Assembly (NCBI GenBank): GCA_002269645.1
Contig: NIVC01000827.1
Location: 463,929-527,928 of the forward strand
Reading direction: 5' to 3'
From: Macrostomum lignano
Lineage: Eukaryota
DNA length: 64,000 nucleotides
Positions 51,198 through 64,000 of this stretch are shown here, piece by piece. The notes beneath the pieces were generated by a model. It worked only from the letters and a program-made list of their open reading frames with translations, was not told the origin of the DNA and ran no database searches. Within the stretch, counting starts at the first letter, position 1, and the number at the start of each line of letters is the position of its first letter. A program made the position numbers and the translations under genes.

Positions 51198-52499
51198 CCG
51201 GAGTTTTTGGCCCGCTCGGACGCAACTACTCCTTCTTACTTTGGCTCGGGCCCAGCGCGCAACTTCTGGTTCCCGGAGCACGACCGTCGTTTCTTGATCC
51301 CCGGATTGCAACTTCCCCCATCATCATCAAGGACGAGTCCCCCGGTCGACAGCAGCGAACATCCAGTTAAGAGCATCACCTGCTAGCTAACAGCGAAGAT
51401 TGTGACAGCATCATCCCGAGTCTACAGCTGCAGAGAATCGAGCCGATTCGGTCACTGTGGAATACCTGGTCTCCGGCTGTTGAGTTTCTGATTGGTTGGG
51501 TGAGAGGCTACCTAGACTTGCTTGATTGGGTGATCCCTTTTCTGTCCCCTGTTGCAGTAGCTGAATTAGGCGCACACTTTTGCTCATTTTGTTCAGTAGT
51601 GCTGTTGCTGAGGCAGGAATCATTCAATAATACTGCTAGTAGTCTAAGACTCCAATTCAATCTAAAGTGTGAAGTGAACTAAGGAGAAGGTTAAATCTAA
51701 CAGTTATCTTTGTCGGCTTTATTTCTTTGTTCGCCGATGGCTCAGATGAGTAGCTAAGCTAGTAGGCGCCGGTCACAGTGGACCAATGGCAAGGCAGTTC
51801 TCAGTCGACCAATCTAACAAATCAGTGAGCAAAACTGCCGAAAGTGCAGAATCGGCGCCAGAGATGTACTTTGTGCACTCTAGGGTAGCCAAGCGGCTCG
51901 GGTAAATGAATCATGCGGTCTCTGATGTTCGAGTTAGCCTATCATCAGCGCTATGAGAGGCTAGTTGGCGCGTTGAAGGCCAAAAGTACATATCTTCGTA
52001 TTTAGCAATGTAATAGTACATGCAGCTACCCCATAGACTCGCCACCGCAAGAATCCCCAGCGCAAGTCCCCTCTGTACCTGCATGGCCAACGCGATCTAG
52101 TCCCAGCAGTGTCCCTTATCATCGGCTATGACTTCGAGATTGACAGCAAAAAGACACTAGTTGGCAGGTAAGTGCAAAGCCCCTTCTAGTCGGAAGCCCG
52201 ATTTCGAGAGTCCCGGTGTGGTGAGCCAGGGCGCACGGGCTGGTGGCAGCAAGTTAGTTGATCTGCGGATTAGCTAATTTCTACTTTCAAAATTCTCCCT
52301 GCTCGTCTCTCGCTGTCCCTCTCTTAGCTATAGGACCTAGACTGCTCGCCACACGATCAAGCTACCATGGGGCTGACCATCTGACAGGAGTGGGGGGCCA
52401 GGTCTCTAATTGATTTATTTCTGAGCCTGAGGCCCGAAGGCTTCCCTAACAAGGAGCCCGAAGGTCGAAACCCATCACAAAGATTATATATGTATATCT

Positions 52500-52755
52500 A
52501 TATCGCAATTAAAGATTCCATATCCATATCGCAAGATTCCATATCTACAACGCAAGATTCCATGTCTATATCGCATGATTCTATATCTATATCGCATGAT
52601 TCCATATCTACAACGCAAGATTCCATATCTATATCGCAAGATTCCATATCTATATCGCAAGATTCCATATCTATATCGCAAGATTCCATATCTATATCGC
52701 AAGATTCCATATCTATATCGCAAGATTCCATATCTATATCGCAAGATTCCATATC
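52500..52755. repeat. 21-bp minisatellite (atatcgcaagattccatatct)
   Basis: Tandem units visible. Confidence 0.92.
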
Positions 52756-53489
52756 TGCTCGTATTTCCAGGAAAGCCCTAGACGAACTAAGTCTACGGAG
52801 AACACCGTGAACCTGCCGGTTAAAGTGCAATATGCAGTTCAGTTTCAAGGATATTACGAGTAGTTCAACTCACCTTGGTAGACAGTTAGTTCAACAAAAA
52901 TTATGCGCAGAAAGGTGCCAGAATCGAAAATTGATGAACTTGGTGAAAGGCAGTGAAGTCCGACTAGCGCCGCTACTGTCTGATATATATATACATTTCT
53001 CTTAGTTGCTAGGGGAAAACTGACTTGCGCTTATCAGCAATTGGCAGGCGGAGCGGTCGCCAGCAGGCCGGCACCAACCCAAACCCAATGGGCTTTCATC
53101 AATTTCAACGGATTGCAGGGCCTTGGTTTCATGGAATTCGAATCTGGTTTCAACCACTCGCGGTCACGGTTTCAATCCAACGAGTTCCATGATTTTTATC
53201 GCTTTTTCTTTCCGTCGAGTTTCTCACCGATAATTCGGGAAATCGCGCGTCGAGGGAAATCAGACTCTGAGAGTGGGTTACGCAACAGCGAGTACTGATT
53301 GAAAGCTCGGCACTCGAAGGAATTGTGGGCAACGTTGATTAACTCTTGTGTCATAAACACAAGTTGTCGCTTTTGAAAGCAGATGGGCCTTTGTTTACAG
53401 ATTTCTGCTGTCTTTAGGCAAGCATGCAAGAGCAGTAGCCAGCTTGAAAACGGTGGGAAAGCCTGATGGTGAATCATGTTGCACTTGTA

Positions 53490-53955
53490 TTGGTGAATAG
53501 TGTGATGGTGAATTGTGTAGCAATCTATTGGTGAATGTGACAGTGTGATGGTGAATTATGTAGCAAGCTATTGGTGAATGTAACAGTGACAGTGTGATGG
53601 TGAATTGTGTAGCAATCTATTGGTGAATAGTGTGACAGTGTGATGGTGAATTATGTGACAGACTGCAATGGTGAATGATTTGAAAGTGCAATGGTGAATG
53701 ATGTGACAGTGCAATGATGAGTGATGTGACAGTGCAATGGTGAATGATGTGAAAGTGCAATGGTGAATGATGTGAAAGTGCAATGGTGAATGATGTGAAA
53801 GTGCATTGGTGAATGATGTGAAAGTGCAATGGTGAATGATGTGAAAGTGCAATGGTGAATGATGTGAAAGTGCAATGGTGAATGATGTGAAAGTGCATTG
53901 GTGAATGATGTGAAAGTGCAATGGTGAATGATGTGAAAGTGCATTGGTGAATGAT
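53490..53955. repeat. 23-bp minisatellite (tggtgaatgatgtgaaagtgcaa)
   Basis: Tandem units visible. Confidence 0.9.
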
Positions 53956-54324
53956 TTTCTTCTGGTTGTTGAAATATTTAGCCAAAACAAAGCAAGCCAA
54001 GTAAATTTCAAACAGAATACGTCGTAAATTGTTTCACTGCTTCAGCAAAAACAAATGCAAGCATTTTTAATGCTACGCTTGACAAATGACAAAACTTATC
54101 ATCAGTGTATTTCGGTTTACGATTTTGCGAATAGAAAAGAACAGTATTTTGTGCCGGTGGAAATCAAAAAAAGACTAACAGAAACTATTGGAACAAAAAC
54201 AAAATAAGCTGCTAATTGTGCATGTATGAAAGCACTTTTATTGTTTTTATTAGTTAACCTGTTAATCATAGCGATCGAATAGATGATTATTTGGCACCCT
54301 CTAAAATGATTTTAGTTCACCGTA

Positions 54325-54645
54325 GAAATGATTTTGCCTCACACTAGAAATGATTTTGTCTCATCCTAGAAATGATTTTGTCTCATCCTAGAAATGATTT
54401 TGTCTCACCCTAGAAATGATTATGTCTCATCCTAGAAATGATTTTGTCTCACCCTAGAATTGATTTTGTCTCACCCTAGAAATGATTTTGTCTCATCCTA
54501 GAAATGATTATGACTCATCCTAGAAATGATTTTGTCTCACCCTAGAAATGATTATGACTCATCCTAGAAATGATTTTGTCTCACCCTAGAAATGATTATG
54601 ACTCATCCTAGAAGTAATTTTGTCCGATCCTAGAAATGATTTTGG
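54325..54645. repeat. 22-bp minisatellite (ctagaaatgattttgtctcacc)
   Basis: Tandem units just 3' of PIGW. Confidence 0.9.
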
Positions 54646-54764
54646 GTCCCCCTTGGACTGATAGTTTTATAGTTAGGGAAATTTTTAGAAGAGAATTATC
54701 AAGAGTCAAAAAAGCAACAAGGAGTTCCACTGTAAAAAACAGTGCATCATATTTTACGAGGTGT

Positions 54765-61433
<6,669 letters not shown>

Positions 61434-61888
61434 ACTACTCAGCAGGCAGGCGAGATTAAGTAGTACAGACTGGACGTTAGTTGACAGATTATTTTTTTCT
61501 GCTGGGAAACAAAAAATGAGCTTTTAAATAAACAGAGCTTTGTTAATTTTTCATGCCAAGAACCACACCAACATCGTCACTCATACACACAGCTCACACA
61601 GGGCGTAAAGCGGCCCTCACCACGGTGTAAATCGCACAACCAATCCACTTGGTCAATCTGGATGGTAAGAGTCATCAGAGCCTAAAGTGGTTCAACTGCA
61701 CAATCCCCCGAAGAGGGACACTTAAGCTGAGCTAGTCCACATATACTAAAATTTCCAACACTTTGGAGAACAAATTTGTTGCATATTCTAGGAACACACA
61801 TATAATAAATCACAGCTCAGCTGCTGTCACGGTGGAAACAAATTCCCCAAATTTTCCTAGATTCAATAATATACAATGACCGACCGTG

Positions 61889-63516
61889 TTACTGACTCAG
61901 ACGCGGATCTTTGGTTGGTGGACGCTTAGGTGTAGGCGACGGCGACGGAGCAAACGCAATGAAGCCATCGGAGTGCTTGTACTGCTCGGCATTGTCATAG
62001 TTAATCCGATGCAGATGGCCTGAACTGGTTGAATCTGTCCCCATTGACCTCAGACTGTTGAGACGGCCGCCCATGGCTTCTAGGATAGCCTGGCCAGCGC
62101 ATAGATCCCATTTTTTTATCGGACCCGCGTGGAGATAGTTGTCAGCTAATCCCTGAATGAACAACCAAGTGGGGATTTTAGTAGTATATTAGTATATTTA
62201 GATTAATAACCTATGAATATATGAAACACTCTCAAATTTTTAAGACACCCGAATGGCTCATGTCGATTACAAGACTACAGATACAATGCAAAATTCATTC
62301 TAAAAAACCGTCAGCGGATGCTGAGATGCTGAATGACTCACATGAAGTTTATAAAATACAAAATGACTTATAGGGAATTGCTATGATTCCAAACGGCTCA
62401 TGGGGAATCGTTAGGATGCCAAGTGGCTCATGGGGAATCGCTAGGATGCCAAGTGGCTCATGGGGAATCGCTAGGATGCCAAGTGGCTCATGGGGAATCG
62501 CTGGGATGCCAAGTGGCTCATGGGGAATCGCCCTGATACCAAGTGGCTCATGGGGAATCGCTAGGATGCCAAGTAGCTCATGGGGAATCGCTGGGATGCC
62601 AAGTGGCTCATGGGGAATCGCTAAGATGCCAAGTGGCTCATGGGGAATCGCCCTGATACCAAGTGGCTCATGGGGAATCGCTAGGATGCCAATTGGCTCA
62701 TGGGGAATCGCTAGGATGCAATCGCCAAGTGGCTCATGGAGAATCGCTAGGATGCCAAGTGGCTCATGGGGAATCGCTAGGATTCCAAGTGGCTCATGGG
62801 GAATCGCTAGGATGCAATCGCCAAGTGGCTCATGGGGAATCGCTAGGATGCAATCGCCAAGTGGCTCATGGGGAATCGCTAGGATGCAATCGCCAAGTGG
62901 CTCATGGAGAATCGCTAGGATGCAATCGCCAAGTGGCTCATGGGGAATCGCTAGGATGCAATCGCCAAGTGGCTCATGGGGAATCGCTAGGATGCAATCG
63001 CCAAGTGGCTCACGGGGAATCGCTGTGATACCAGAGTTTCTAAAGAAGTGTTTAGACACCAAGACTTATAGAAAACGGCTTGTCACGCGGTGCAAGCCTA
63101 AAGTGGTTAAACTGCACAATCCTCCGAAGAGGGACACACACTAGTCTACATATACTACATGTAAAATTTCCAAACTTTTTTCTTACCTTACTAAGCAGCA
63201 GTAGTTTATAACCCGCCCCGGCAGCCGATAACAAGTCGACGGACTCGTTAGGGAACAATTTTCTAGCCGTGCTATTCAATTGAGCGCCCCGATGACTGCG
63301 CGAAATCAGCACCCGCCTTCGTCGGTGACTCTTATCGGCGGCGCCTTTGATGTGTGAGTCCGATTTTAATACGTGCTTATCCAGCACAATAGGTAAATTT
63401 AATTGCTCTTTTAGACTGTCGGATACGCGAGAATTGCGCCAAGCCCAATAGGTTTTATTAGCGAATGGAAAATGCAGCACGCCTAGCAGGGGTGTGCCTC
63501 GGTAGGCCACGCACAC
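61889..63516 (-). CDS. BPNT2: Golgi-resident PAP 3'-phosphatase (IMPAD1/gPAPP), last two exons; complement(join(63516..63187,62152..61889)), 5' part lies outside the window
   Basis: VCVAYRGTPLLGVLHFPF, VLISRSH, AAGAGYKLL and IKKWDLCAGQAILEAMGG match the IMPAD1 motifs; GT-AG phase 0 intron. Confidence 0.88.
62375..63030. repeat. 30/36-bp intronic minisatellite (gccaagtggctcatggggaatcgctaggat)
   Basis: In the IMPAD1 intron; gives the spurious IPHEPLG ORFs. Confidence 0.93.
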
Positions 63517-63619
63517 CTGTTTTAGAGGTATTGTTGCTTGCTTATTACTTCATAAGTGCGATTTCTAACTAATTAACTAAATCTCTTTCTCCCCCTCTAA
63601 CTCATTGTCTCTATGCTGC

Positions 63620-64000
63620 ATTTCACTGTCTCTCTGCCTCTATCTCACCGTCTCTCGGCCTCTATCTCACCGTCTCTCTGCCTCTATCTTGCTCTCTCTC
63701 TGCCTCTATCTCACTGTCTCTCTGCTTCTATCTCACTATATCTCTGCCTCTATCTCACTGTCTGCCTCTATCTCACTGTCTGCCTCTATCTCACTGTCTC
63801 TCGGCCTCTATCTCACTGTCTCTCTGCCTCTATCTTACTCTCTCTCTGCCTCTATCTCACTGTCTCTGCCTCTATCTCACTGTCTCTCTGCTTCTATCTC
63901 GCTATATCTCTGCCTCTATCTCACTGTCTCTGCCTCTATCTCACTGTCTCTCTGCCTCTATCTCACTGTCTTTCTGCCTCATCGCAACGTCTATCTCTGT
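63620..64000. repeat. ~22-bp CT-rich minisatellite (ctctatctcactgtctctctgc)
   Basis: Runs to the window end within an IMPAD1 intron. Confidence 0.88.

Noticed and set aside
52420-52480. Hammerhead-ribozyme-like ...gagcccgaaggtcgaaac
   Set aside because: No properly placed CUGANGA core and stem II is mismatched; only small GAA-loop hairpins are supported.
62349-63144. IPHEPLG / MPSGSWG ORFs
   Set aside because: 30/36-bp intronic minisatellite translation.

Overview
Eukaryotic, intron-rich animal DNA saturated with micro- and minisatellites; most long introns carry their own tandem repeat. The style is reminiscent of a Macrostomum-type flatworm genome, which is inference only. Gene models were built by hand from GT-AG sites and checked for phase. 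Plus strand: a two-exon gene ending in a peroxiredoxin-fold domain that lacks the catalytic Cys (6181-14313), a three-exon C2H2 zinc-finger/polyQ gene (15745-17624) and a MARCH-type RING-CH membrane E3 ligase (42836-44389). Minus strand: SPAG6/PF16 (6 exons, 508 aa), a ~1320-aa secreted Arg-rich tandem-repeat protein, two ~71-72-aa acidic small ORFs that may be paralogs, and a co-oriented cluster IMPAD1/BPNT2 (partial) -> PIGL -> PIGW. The most striking observation is that PIGL and PIGW, which catalyse consecutive GPI-anchor steps, share one exon and their reading frames overlap by 26 nt. That exon is bracketed by mutually inverted (TCTG)n/(CAGA)n tracts and contains three RFX X-box-like motifs. 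The window also holds a Tc1/mariner transposase fossil, several MITEs and two foldback-like structures. Most long ORFs in the supplied track (e.g. 10157-13775, 57107-58247) are repeat artefacts.
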